Below are positions 1-7,411 of a DNA stretch of 64,000 nt, in pieces (positions within the stretch are counted from its first letter, which is position 1; every line of letters begins with the position of its first letter). The notes beneath the pieces are model-generated. The model was not told the origin of the DNA. It worked only from the letters and a program-made list of their open reading frames with translations, and did no database searches. The DNA lies in contig JBAXLI010000009.1 of assembly GCA_037134895.1 (NCBI GenBank), positions 3,855 through 67,854 on the forward strand. The letters run 5' to 3'. This DNA is from Bacteroidota bacterium (GTDB lineage: Bacteria; Bacteroidota; Bacteroidia; Bacteroidales; FEN-979). A program made the translations under genes and the position numbers.

Positions 1-598
1 CAGGGACCTGTCGTATAAGCACCACCTTGTTCCTGTTGCCAAAATCAGTGATGTCATTGGCAAGGGAAATTGCTTCAAAGAAATTGATCTTGTCCTGGTA
101 AATAGTGAATTCACCCGGGCGGCCGACTTCACCGAGTATCGTTATCTTGAAGTTCACCATTTTTACAACGACGACAGTTTCTTTCAGATATTCGTCAACC
201 AGTTTCTGCAGTACATCCTTAACCTGTGTTACAGTCAGGTCTTTGATCATGATCCTTCCGACGACGGGAAAATCGATATACCCGTCGGGGCTTACCGAAT
301 AAGAATTCAGGTAGATGCTGGCATCATTGGCATAGTCATTATAATTGCTCGACGACGACTGCTTGTTAAAGAACATATTGCTCTTGTCGTCAAGGCTGAA
401 CAATTTGATGTACACATTATCCCTGGGCTGTATCCTGTAGTCGGGCGGATGTTTGTGTGCATAGATGCTGGCAGTGTCTTTCTCCTGCTGCTTTTGTAAA
501 TAAAGGATCTTTTTCTGAGGTACGCAGGACGAAAGTATTACAGTAATTACAAGCAAAAGAAAAGCTACTTTGGGTAGCAGTTTATGGAATTGCTTCAT
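1..598 (-). CDS. Polysaccharide export outer-membrane protein (Wza-like), N-terminal part; the C-terminus lies beyond the window edge
   Basis: Not in the ORF track because it is open at the window edge. My reverse translation from ATG (cat at 596-598) gives MKQFHKLLPKVAFLLLVITVILSSCVPQKKILYLQKQQ... This is a lipoprotein-type signal (LSSC). It is followed by ...YRIQPRDNVYIKLFSLD... and ...GYIDFPVVGRIMIKDLTVTQVKDVL..., a Poly_export/SLBB-like pattern. Confidence 0.6.
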   Translation of the reverse strand, partial: MKQFHKLLPKVAFLLLVITVILSSCVPQKKILYLQKQQEKDTASIYAHKHPPDYRIQPRDNVYIKLFSLDDKSNMFFNKQSSSSNYNDYANDASIYLNSYSVSPDGYIDFPVVGRIMIKDLTVTQVKDVLQKLVDEYLKETVVVVKMVNFKITILGEVGRPGEFTIYQDKINFFEAISLANDITDFGNRNKVVLIRQVP

Positions 599-619
599 GG
601 ATGCCGGAAATTGAGTGCG

Positions 620-647
620 CAAAATTAAGGAATTTCAGGCAAAACTA
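620..647 (-). promoter_or_regulatory. Two candidate Bacteroidetes -7 boxes (TAATTTTG at 620-627, TAGTTTTG at 640-647 on the minus strand) upstream of the Wza-like gene
   Basis: Both match the TAnnTTTG consensus of Bacteroides sigma-A promoters and lie 22-50 nt upstream of the ATG at 598. Confidence 0.35.
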
Positions 648-690
648 ATAAAATAGGCCCATATCCTAAAATTTTCATGACAAAATAAGT

Positions 691-721
691 TGGTTGTTGG
701 TTGTTGGTAGTTGGTAGTTGG
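691..721. repeat. Degenerate heptamer tandem tract TGGTTGT TGGTTGT TGGTAGT TGGTAGT TGG
   Basis: Read directly from the sequence. It has period 7 and is intergenic, 24 nt beyond the miaB stop codon (745-747, minus strand). Confidence 0.85.
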
Positions 722-744
722 AAGATATTCAATAAGTTGTCACT

Positions 745-2079
745 TTAAATAGCTTCTCCTATCAAAGTGGCCGAAGTGGCCTTTTTTACGACAACCTTCG
801 CATATTCACCAGGTTTCTGAGCTGTTTTGGGGAACACGATCACCTTGTTCTGGGAGTTGCGGCCAAAGTACTGTTTATCAGAGCGCTTTGATTCACCTTC
901 GATCAGGACTTCGAACGTTTTACCGATATCATAATGGTTGCTGGCCGATGAAAGCTCCTGCTGAAGATCGATAATTTCTCTCAACCTGCGTTCCTTGACC
1001 TCTTCAGGAACATTATCGTCAAACTGATCAGCCGCCAGGGTTTGGGGCCTTTCGGAATACTTGAAAGTAAAGGCATAGTCAAACGCGGCTTCCCTCATCA
1101 GAGCTAGGGTTTGTTTATGGTCTTCTTCGGTCTCGTCGCAAAATCCAGTGATGATATCGGTTGATACGGCGCATCCGGGGATCAGGCTCCTGACAGCACG
1201 AACCTTATCAAGGTATTCCTCACGGGTATATTTCCTGTTCATTTTATCGAGCACTGCGTTGCTCCCGCTCTGTACCGGGAGGTGGATGGCCCTGCAGATA
1301 TTTGGCTGCCTGGCAATTACATCAATCAGTTCCTTTGACAGGTCTTTGGGATGCGAAGTGGCAAAGCGGACCCTGAGCTGAGGATCGAGATCAGCGATCC
1401 GTTGAAGCAGGATGGGAAAATTCACCCTTTGAGTGCCCGTTTCCCATTCATAGGAATTCACGTTCTGTCCAAGCAGGGTGACTTCCCTGTATCCTTGTAT
1501 AAACAAGTCTTTCGATTCGCGGATAACCGATTCCGGATCCCGGCTTCTTTCCACTCCACGGGCATAAGGCACCACGCAGTAGGTACAGAAATTCTCGCAT
1601 CCGCGCATGATCGAAATGAAGGCCGAAACCCCATTCGAATCAAGCCTCACCGGGTTGATATCCGCATAAGTCTCATCCGCAGACAACATAGTATCTATAG
1701 CTTTTTGTCCTGAATTTACCTGTTCAAGCAAATGGGGAAGGTGGCGGTATGAATCGGGGCCGGCGATCAGGTCGAGAAGCTGTTCTTCCTCCATCAGGGC
1801 GGTTTTCGTTCGTTCTGCCATGCAGCCCAGCAGTCCGATAGTCAGTGAGGGCTTCTTCTTCCGCAGTGAACGGAAATACTGAAGGCGTTTTCTCACCCTG
1901 TCTTCGGCATGTTCACGTATCGAACAGGTATTTAGTAATACAATATCGGCTGTTTCAAGTTCAGTTGATGCCTCAAAACCTTCGGCAGTCAGGATTGATG
2001 CAACGATCTCACTGTCAGAGAAATTCATCTGGCAGCCATAGGTCTCTATATAGAATTTTCTGTTTTTTTCTGCTGTCAT
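745..2079 (-). CDS. miaB: tRNA-i6A37 methylthiotransferase MiaB (radical SAM)
   Basis: 444 aa. The N-terminal UPF0004 domain has YIETYGCQMN. The radical-SAM cluster motif is CENFCTYCVVP. A C-terminal TRAM-like domain is present, and length and order are typical of MiaB. Confidence 0.93.
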   Translation of the reverse strand: MTAEKNRKFYIETYGCQMNFSDSEIVASILTAEGFEASTELETADIVLLNTCSIREHAEDRVRKRLQYFRSLRKKKPSLTIGLLGCMAERTKTALMEEEQLLDLIAGPDSYRHLPHLLEQVNSGQKAIDTMLSADETYADINPVRLDSNGVSAFISIMRGCENFCTYCVVPYARGVERSRDPESVIRESKDLFIQGYREVTLLGQNVNSYEWETGTQRVNFPILLQRIADLDPQLRVRFATSHPKDLSKELIDVIARQPNICRAIHLPVQSGSNAVLDKMNRKYTREEYLDKVRAVRSLIPGCAVSTDIITGFCDETEEDHKQTLALMREAAFDYAFTFKYSERPQTLAADQFDDNVPEEVKERRLREIIDLQQELSSASNHYDIGKTFEVLIEGESKRSDKQYFGRNSQNKVIVFPKTAQKPGEYAKVVVKKATSATLIGEAI

Positions 2080-2123
2080 ATATCACTTTTCCGGTTTCGG
2101 CGGATTAAGGATTAAAATGGGCA

Positions 2124-2131
2124 CAAAGGTA
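2124..2131 (-). promoter_or_regulatory. -7 box TACCTTTG for miaB
   Basis: TAnnTTTG match on the minus strand, 45 nt upstream of the miaB ATG (2079). It is part of a divergent promoter pair with topA. Confidence 0.4.
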
Positions 2132-2150
2132 CGTATTATGTTAATTGTCG

Positions 2151-2158
2151 TACTTTTG
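2151..2158 (+). promoter_or_regulatory. -7 box TACTTTTG for topA
   Basis: TAnnTTTG match 35 nt upstream of the ATG at 2193. Confidence 0.45.
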
Positions 2159-2192
2159 TAGCCGGATTGGGATATTGAAATCCATAACTACG

Positions 2193-4511
2193 ATGACGAA
2201 AAACTTAGTGATTGTTGAGTCTCCCGCGAAAGCGAAGACCATTGGCGGATTCCTGGGGAACGATTTTACAGTAAGATCATGCATGGGACATGTGGCAGAT
2301 CTTTCAAAGAAAGACCTTGGGGTTGATGTTGCAAAAGGGTTTGAACCAAATTATATTGTGTCTCCCGACAAAAAGAAGATCGTTGGCGATCTTAAGAAAC
2401 TGGCCCATGAGAGCGATTTTATCTGGCTGGCGTCTGACGAGGACCGTGAGGGTGAAGCCATTTCATGGCATCTCATGGAAACGCTGGGATTGAAGAAAGA
2501 GAATACAAGGCGGATAGCATTCCACGAAATTACCAAAACTGCTATCCTTGAAGCCATTGAAAATCCAAGAGAGCTAGATATGAACCTGGTCGATGCCCAG
2601 CAGGCAAGGCGCATCCTCGACAGGCTTGTAGGCTTCGAGCTTTCGCCTCTTCTCTGGAAAAAGATCAAACCTTCCTTATCTGCAGGGAGGGTGCAGTCTG
2701 TTGCCGTCAGGCTGATTGTTGAGCGTGAAGACGAGATCAGGAATTTCCAGTCGGTATCTTCTTACCGTATCAGCGGGGATTTCGTGATCCAGGACGGCAA
2801 GAAGCTGAAATCGTTCAATGCTGAACTTAACAAGAGATTCCAGACTAAAGACGAAGCTCTGAATTTCCTGAAACAATGCATTGCGGTTCAATATACCGTT
2901 GAAGATGTTGAAACCCGGCCTTCGAAGAAATCGCCGGCCCCGCCTTTCACAACTTCGACACTTCAGCAGGAAGCCTCACGCAAACTTGGTTTCTCTGTAG
3001 CAAATACCATGAGGGTGGCCCAGGAGCTTTATGAATCAGGGAAGATCACCTATATGAGGACCGACTCTGTCAACCTTTCAGATATGGCAATTGCCATGGC
3101 AAAAAAGGAAGTGACTGACAGTTTTGGCGAGGAATATGTGAAAACCCGCCGGTATGCTACAAAGTCGAAAGGCGCACAGGAAGCTCACGAAGCCATCCGC
3201 CCCACATACCTGCGTGATAAGAACGTAGAATCTGACCGCTCAGGCAAACGACTGTATGACCTGATCTGGAAACGCACCATTGCTTCCCAGATGGCCGATG
3301 CAGAACTTGAAAAAACCAATGTTACCATCGGGATCACAGGCAAATCAGAAAAGTTCATTGCAAAAGGGGAAGTGATCAAATTTGACGGCTTCCTTAAAGT
3401 TTATATGGAGTCTTCGGATGAGGAAGGCCCTGAAGACCAGGAAGGTGTTCTGCCCCCGCTCAAAACGGGAGAGAAGCTTTCGTTGCAGGAAATGATAGCC
3501 CAGCAGAAGTTCACACAGCAGCCTTTCAGGTATACCGAAGCAATGCTTGTTAAAAAGCTTGAAGAACTTGGCATCGGCCGGCCTTCGACCTATGCACCCA
3601 TCATCTCTACCATTCAGAAACGGGAATACGTGGTTAAGGAAGAAAGGACCGGTGTACAGAGGAATTATGATTTCATCAGTCTTACAGACAGCAAGATCAA
3701 AGAAGAAGTAAGGACCGAGACCGTTGGGTATGAAAAGGGGAAACTGTTTCCCACGGATATAGGCGGACTGGTTACCGGTTACCTTGTTGAGAATTTCGAT
3801 AATATTATGGATTACAATTTCACCGCTACGGTGGAAGAGGAGTTTGATGTCATTGCCGAGGGCAAGCTGAAGTGGAAGCAAATGCTGAAGGAGTTTTATT
3901 TCCCCTTCCATGAAAAAATTGAAGGCGCACTCGAGAGTACAAAAAAAGTCAAAGGTGAAAAGCTGCTTGGGACCGACCCTGTTACCGGGTTGAATGTGTA
4001 CGTGAAGATCGGACGTTTTGGCCCAATGGCCCAGCTCGGGGAATCGGATAATGAGGAGAAACCAAGGTTTGCAGCGCTTAAAAAAGGCCAGAGCATAGAT
4101 ACCATCAGCCTGCCGGAAGCCCTTGAATTGTTTAAACTCCCACGCTCACTGGGGGATTTCGAGGGAACAGAGGTCATTGTTTCGGCCGGCAAATTCGGAC
4201 CGTATGTAAAGCATAAATCAGCTTTTTATTCCCTGCCTGCTTCTGATGATCCCTTAAGCGTGGCTCTCGCCAGGGCTATAGAGATCATCCAGGCCAAGCG
4301 GCATGAGGAAATCAAGAAGGTGATCAGGGAGTATCCCGAGGATCCGGATATCAAAGTATTGAATGGCAGGTATGGTCCGTACATCACCCTTAAGAAGGAA
4401 AACTACAAGATCCCCAAGGGAAAAACTGCAGCTGAACTAAGCTACGAAGATGTGAAGGCCATCATAAGCTCAAGCGAACCTACGAAATCCAAATCCAGAA
4501 AGAAAAAATAA
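2193..4511 (+). CDS. topA: DNA topoisomerase I
   Basis: The TOPRIM N-terminus is MTKNLVIVESPAKAKTI, followed by DEDREGEAISWH. The active-site region is ITYMRTDS. The lysine-rich C-terminal tail is typical of Bacteroidetes TopA. I chose the ATG at 2193 (M17 of the track ORF) because it sits directly before the TOPRIM motif and after the -7 box. Confidence 0.95.
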   Translation: MTKNLVIVESPAKAKTIGGFLGNDFTVRSCMGHVADLSKKDLGVDVAKGFEPNYIVSPDKKKIVGDLKKLAHESDFIWLASDEDREGEAISWHLMETLGLKKENTRRIAFHEITKTAILEAIENPRELDMNLVDAQQARRILDRLVGFELSPLLWKKIKPSLSAGRVQSVAVRLIVEREDEIRNFQSVSSYRISGDFVIQDGKKLKSFNAELNKRFQTKDEALNFLKQCIAVQYTVEDVETRPSKKSPAPPFTTSTLQQEASRKLGFSVANTMRVAQELYESGKITYMRTDSVNLSDMAIAMAKKEVTDSFGEEYVKTRRYATKSKGAQEAHEAIRPTYLRDKNVESDRSGKRLYDLIWKRTIASQMADAELEKTNVTIGITGKSEKFIAKGEVIKFDGFLKVYMESSDEEGPEDQEGVLPPLKTGEKLSLQEMIAQQKFTQQPFRYTEAMLVKKLEELGIGRPSTYAPIISTIQKREYVVKEERTGVQRNYDFISLTDSKIKEEVRTETVGYEKGKLFPTDIGGLVTGYLVENFDNIMDYNFTATVEEEFDVIAEGKLKWKQMLKEFYFPFHEKIEGALESTKKVKGEKLLGTDPVTGLNVYVKIGRFGPMAQLGESDNEEKPRFAALKKGQSIDTISLPEALELFKLPRSLGDFEGTEVIVSAGKFGPYVKHKSAFYSLPASDDPLSVALARAIEIIQAKRHEEIKKVIREYPEDPDIKVLNGRYGPYITLKKENYKIPKGKTAAELSYEDVKAIISSSEPTKSKSRKKK

Positions 4512-4516
4512 GGGCC

Positions 4517-5689
4517 ATGGACATTTCGACCTTTTTTTCCCCTATCGATTTAACAGAATTCGAATTGACGAATGAAGGCCAGCAGCGTTTTGGCAATATT
4601 ATCGATATCTATTCCGAAACAGGGAGTTTCCCTGATTTCACGACTTCGGATCTCGCTATCATCGGAGTTAAGGAAGACCGGAATTCGGTTGGTAACGAGG
4701 GCTGCGACCTTGGCCCCGACAGTGTGAGGAAATTCCTGTACAGGCTGTTCCCCGGTCCGTATACAAACAAAATTGCCGATCTCGGGAATATCCGCAAAGG
4801 TTTTTCTGCAAGCGATACATATTTTGCCCTCAGCAGTACGGTTGCAGAACTGATCAGCAATAATGTGATCCCGGTGATCATAGGGGGCGGACAAGATCTG
4901 ACTTTTGCGAATTATAAAGCCTATGAAAGCCTTGGCCAGATAATTAACATCGTGGCAATAGATCCGACTTTCGATCTTGGTAAAACCGAGGCAGAGCTTG
5001 ATTCCCAGTCCTTCCTTAGCAGCATCATCCTTCATCAGCCCAACTACCTGTTCAATTATGCGAATATAGGCTACCAGAGTTATTTCATCGACCAGGATGC
5101 CCTTAAACTGATGAAGAACCTGTTTTTCGACACTTACAGAATCGGAATAGTGAGGGAGAGCCTCGAAGAGGTTGAGCCTATTGTCAGGAATGCCGATATG
5201 CTCAGTTTTGACATCTCCGCAGTGAGGTATTCAGATGCCCCGGGTAACGGTAATGCCGGGCCGAACGGATTTTACGGTGAGGAAGCCTGCCAGATCGTGC
5301 GGTATGCAGGCATCAGCGACAAGCTTACTTCAATTGGGTTTTACGAGGTCAATCCCAGGTTCGACAGGCAGGGACAGACTGCCCACCTTGTTTCACAGAT
5401 GATCTGGTATTTCATCGACGGTTTTTATAACAGGGCTCATGATTTCCCTTTCAAAAATGAAGAGGATTACCTGAAGTACAGGGTTTCGATCAGCGACCAT
5501 AAGGAGGAGATCGTATTTTTCAAAAGCAAGAAGACCGACCGCTGGTGGATGGAGATCCCCCTTCCTGCCGAGCAAAAAATCAAATACGAAAGGCATTACC
5601 TTGTGCCCTGTTCATACAAGGATTACCAGCAGGCCTGTGCCAACGACATCCCCGACAGGTGGTGGATGGTGTATCAGAAACTCATGTGA
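4517..5689 (+). CDS. Arginase/formimidoylglutamase (ureohydrolase) family protein with non-canonical metal-ligand motifs
   Basis: 390 aa. Family-like blocks are VIIGGGQDLT, IVAIDPTFD and LSFDISAVRYSDAPG. These align with GGDHS/GGGH(E/D), DAHxD and SxDxDxxDP of ureohydrolases but carry substitutions (see finding). Confidence 0.7.
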   Translation: MDISTFFSPIDLTEFELTNEGQQRFGNIIDIYSETGSFPDFTTSDLAIIGVKEDRNSVGNEGCDLGPDSVRKFLYRLFPGPYTNKIADLGNIRKGFSASDTYFALSSTVAELISNNVIPVIIGGGQDLTFANYKAYESLGQIINIVAIDPTFDLGKTEAELDSQSFLSSIILHQPNYLFNYANIGYQSYFIDQDALKLMKNLFFDTYRIGIVRESLEEVEPIVRNADMLSFDISAVRYSDAPGNGNAGPNGFYGEEACQIVRYAGISDKLTSIGFYEVNPRFDRQGQTAHLVSQMIWYFIDGFYNRAHDFPFKNEEDYLKYRVSISDHKEEIVFFKSKKTDRWWMEIPLPAEQKIKYERHYLVPCSYKDYQQACANDIPDRWWMVYQKLM

Positions 5690-5800
5690 ATATCGAATAT
5701 CGAATAACGAATTTCGAATGTTGAATTTTTCTTTCCGTTCGACATTCAGTGTTCAATATTCAATATTCGATATTCGTAAATCGGGCTTCGGGCTTCGTAA
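5688..5800. repeat. Heptamer-periodic inverted repeat filling the convergent intergenic gap; probable bidirectional terminator hairpin
   Basis: The left arm is GAATATC GAATATC GAATAAC GAATTTC GAATGTT GAATTTT. After an 8-nt spacer comes TTCGACA TTCAGTG TTCAATA TTCAATA TTCGATA TTCGTAA ATCGGGC TTCGGGC TTCGTAA. The arms are imperfect reverse complements of about 32 nt. The tract starts inside the TGA stop (5687-5689) and ends 1 nt before the ruvC stop (5802). Confidence 0.75.
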
Positions 5801-5801
5801 A

Positions 5802-6368
5802 TCACTTCCCTTTAATCCTTTCCGGGTTTGCGCTGAGGAACGACTTCCATCCTGTAAACTTCTTTCCAACCTCGGGTCTTCCGTTCTGGAAATGATGGCA
5901 TACGGCCACGGCCAGTGCATCGGCTGCATCAAGGCTTTCGACTGGTTCTTTGAGGGTGAGCAAACGCTGAAGCATGGCTGCGACCTGTTCCTTGGATGCC
6001 GAACCTTTGCCGGTGATCGACTGCTTGATTTTGCGGGGTGAGTATTCAAAAATGGGGATGGTACGGTAAAGTGCGGCGGCGATAGCCACACCCTGGGCAC
6101 GGCCAAGTTTAAGCATCGATTGCACATTTTTTCCAAAAAACTGGGCCTCTATGGCCAGTTCATCGGGGTGGTACTGATCGATAAGCGATAGTGTTTTCTC
6201 GAAAATAATTTTTAACCTCAGTGGGTGATCGTCATATTTATCTAATTTCAAAACTCCGAAAGCGATCATACTGAGCGTATTGGCCTTAATAGATATGATG
6301 CCGTACCCCATGATCGTGGTACCAGGGTCTATACCCAGAATGATCTTTTCACTCGGTGGATGCGGCAT
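5802..6368 (-). CDS. ruvC: Crossover junction endodeoxyribonuclease RuvC
   Basis: The 189-aa version starts MPHPPSEKIILGIDPGTTIMGYGII (catalytic Asp motif). It also has ELAIEAQFFGKNVQS and DAADALAVAVCH near the C-terminus. The upstream 46 codons of the track ORF overlap the divergent gene and were trimmed. Confidence 0.92.
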   Translation of the reverse strand: MPHPPSEKIILGIDPGTTIMGYGIISIKANTLSMIAFGVLKLDKYDDHPLRLKIIFEKTLSLIDQYHPDELAIEAQFFGKNVQSMLKLGRAQGVAIAAALYRTIPIFEYSPRKIKQSITGKGSASKEQVAAMLQRLLTLKEPVESLDAADALAVAVCHHFQNGRPEVGKKFTGWKSFLSANPERIKGK

Positions 6369-6389
6369 TTTTCCGTTAAATTTGCAGGC

Positions 6390-7406
6390 ATGACAAAGGT
6401 ATATAAAAGGTACAATCTTATTATCCAGCTGGGCATCTTTGTCATTTCCTACTTTTTTATCATCAACCAGGTATTCTGGAAGCAGGACCTTCCTTCCCTG
6501 GTGCAAACCCTTATTAAAGATTTCAGCTCATCCCGTTTCCTCTGGACGCTGGTTGTGCTTTTGTTTTTAATGGTGTTTAACTGGTTGCTTGAAGCCCTGA
6601 AGTGGAGGTTTCTTATCTCCAAAGTTGAGGATGTAAGTTTCGGGCGTTCGGTAATGGCCGTACTAACCGGGGTTACCATCAGTTCATTCACTCCCAACAG
6701 GATCGGGGAATTTTTCGGCAGGGCATTTGTCCTGAAAAAAGCCAGTCATGTCGAAGGCATCCTCATCACTATAATCGGGAGCATGAGTCAGCTCCTGATA
6801 ACAATCATTACAGGATCCCTGGCGTTCCTGGTCTTTTTGCCCGTTTTCATGCCTGACGCAAAATTTTTCACCGGGTACCTCTATTATGCACTGGTTGCAG
6901 TGGTCCTGCTTTCTAACGTACTTCTGCTCGGGCTGTTTGTTAATGTATCCTTTCTGTCAACCTTCAAGGAAAAGATTCTGAAAAACGGCATTTCGAAGAT
7001 AAGGAAATACTTCAGGGTCTTCACACTTTACACGAACAGGGAACTCTGGATCATAATGGGGCTAAGCCTGTTGCGCTATGCAGTCTTCTCAACACAATAC
7101 CTTCTACTGTTATGGGCGTTTGATGTGAATTTCCCCTTCTATATTGGTTACCTGTTGATCGCCCTGATCTATTTCATCATGGCGGTCATCCCGACCATCG
7201 CTCTCACGGAACTGGGAATAAGAGGTTCGGTGGCCATATATTGTTTTGGTTTTTATTTTGCCGCAATGGCACCGGCAATGGCCACACTTAACCTTGGAAT
7301 ATTAATGGCCTCCGTGCTCATTTGGGTCATCAACCTGGGCATTCCGGCAGTTGCAGGCAGTGTATTCCTTTTCCGACTTCAGTTCTTCCGCAATAACGAA
7401 GCTTGA
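6390..7406 (+). CDS. Flippase-like / lysylphosphatidylglycerol-synthase TM-region family (UPF0104) membrane protein
   Basis: About 338 aa and polytopic, with roughly 8 hydrophobic segments. The block WRFLI...FTPNRIGEFFGRAF resembles the UPF0104 signature. Its stop overlaps the GT2 reading-frame start region. Confidence 0.6.
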   Translation: MTKVYKRYNLIIQLGIFVISYFFIINQVFWKQDLPSLVQTLIKDFSSSRFLWTLVVLLFLMVFNWLLEALKWRFLISKVEDVSFGRSVMAVLTGVTISSFTPNRIGEFFGRAFVLKKASHVEGILITIIGSMSQLLITIITGSLAFLVFLPVFMPDAKFFTGYLYYALVAVVLLSNVLLLGLFVNVSFLSTFKEKILKNGISKIRKYFRVFTLYTNRELWIIMGLSLLRYAVFSTQYLLLLWAFDVNFPFYIGYLLIALIYFIMAVIPTIALTELGIRGSVAIYCFGFYFAAMAPAMATLNLGILMASVLIWVINLGIPAVAGSVFLFRLQFFRNNEA

Positions 7407-7411
7407 TCAAC

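Noticed and set aside
105-302. 65-aa plus-strand ORF in the track
   Set aside because: It lies antisense inside the open Wza-like reading frame (1-598, minus). It is low-complexity, has no start context and has no recognisable motif.
2145-2192. N-terminal extensions proposed by the ORF track. They are 2145 for topA, 6506 for ruvC, 6360 for the flippase-like gene, 7403, 18309, 31374, 32343, 35868, 39860, 48597 and 56922.
   Set aside because: Several use TTG. Several overlap divergent genes or sit on top of TAnnTTTG -7 boxes. Internal ATGs give canonical N-termini such as the TOPRIM motif, the RuvC DPG motif, signal peptides or lipoboxes.
3345-3911. Long antisense or alternative-frame ORFs inside well-supported genes. 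Examples are 3345-3911 in topA, 9418-9963 in queA, 30547-31239 in the ALDH, 35047-35577 in dacB, 43042-43542 and 45322-45885 in operon genes, 52813-53385 in copA, and 62611-63072 in phoU.
   Set aside because: Each is fully nested opposite or out of frame to a gene with strong family motifs. The translations are low-complexity or Arg/Ser/Pro-rich, as expected for shadow ORFs, and have no promoter box or signal.
5601-6136. ORFs 5601-6041 (+) and 5753-6136 (-) spanning the heptamer tract and the ruvC 3' end
   Set aside because: They read through a period-7 repeat, which cannot be coding periodicity, and overlap ruvC. They are artefacts of the stop-poor repeat.
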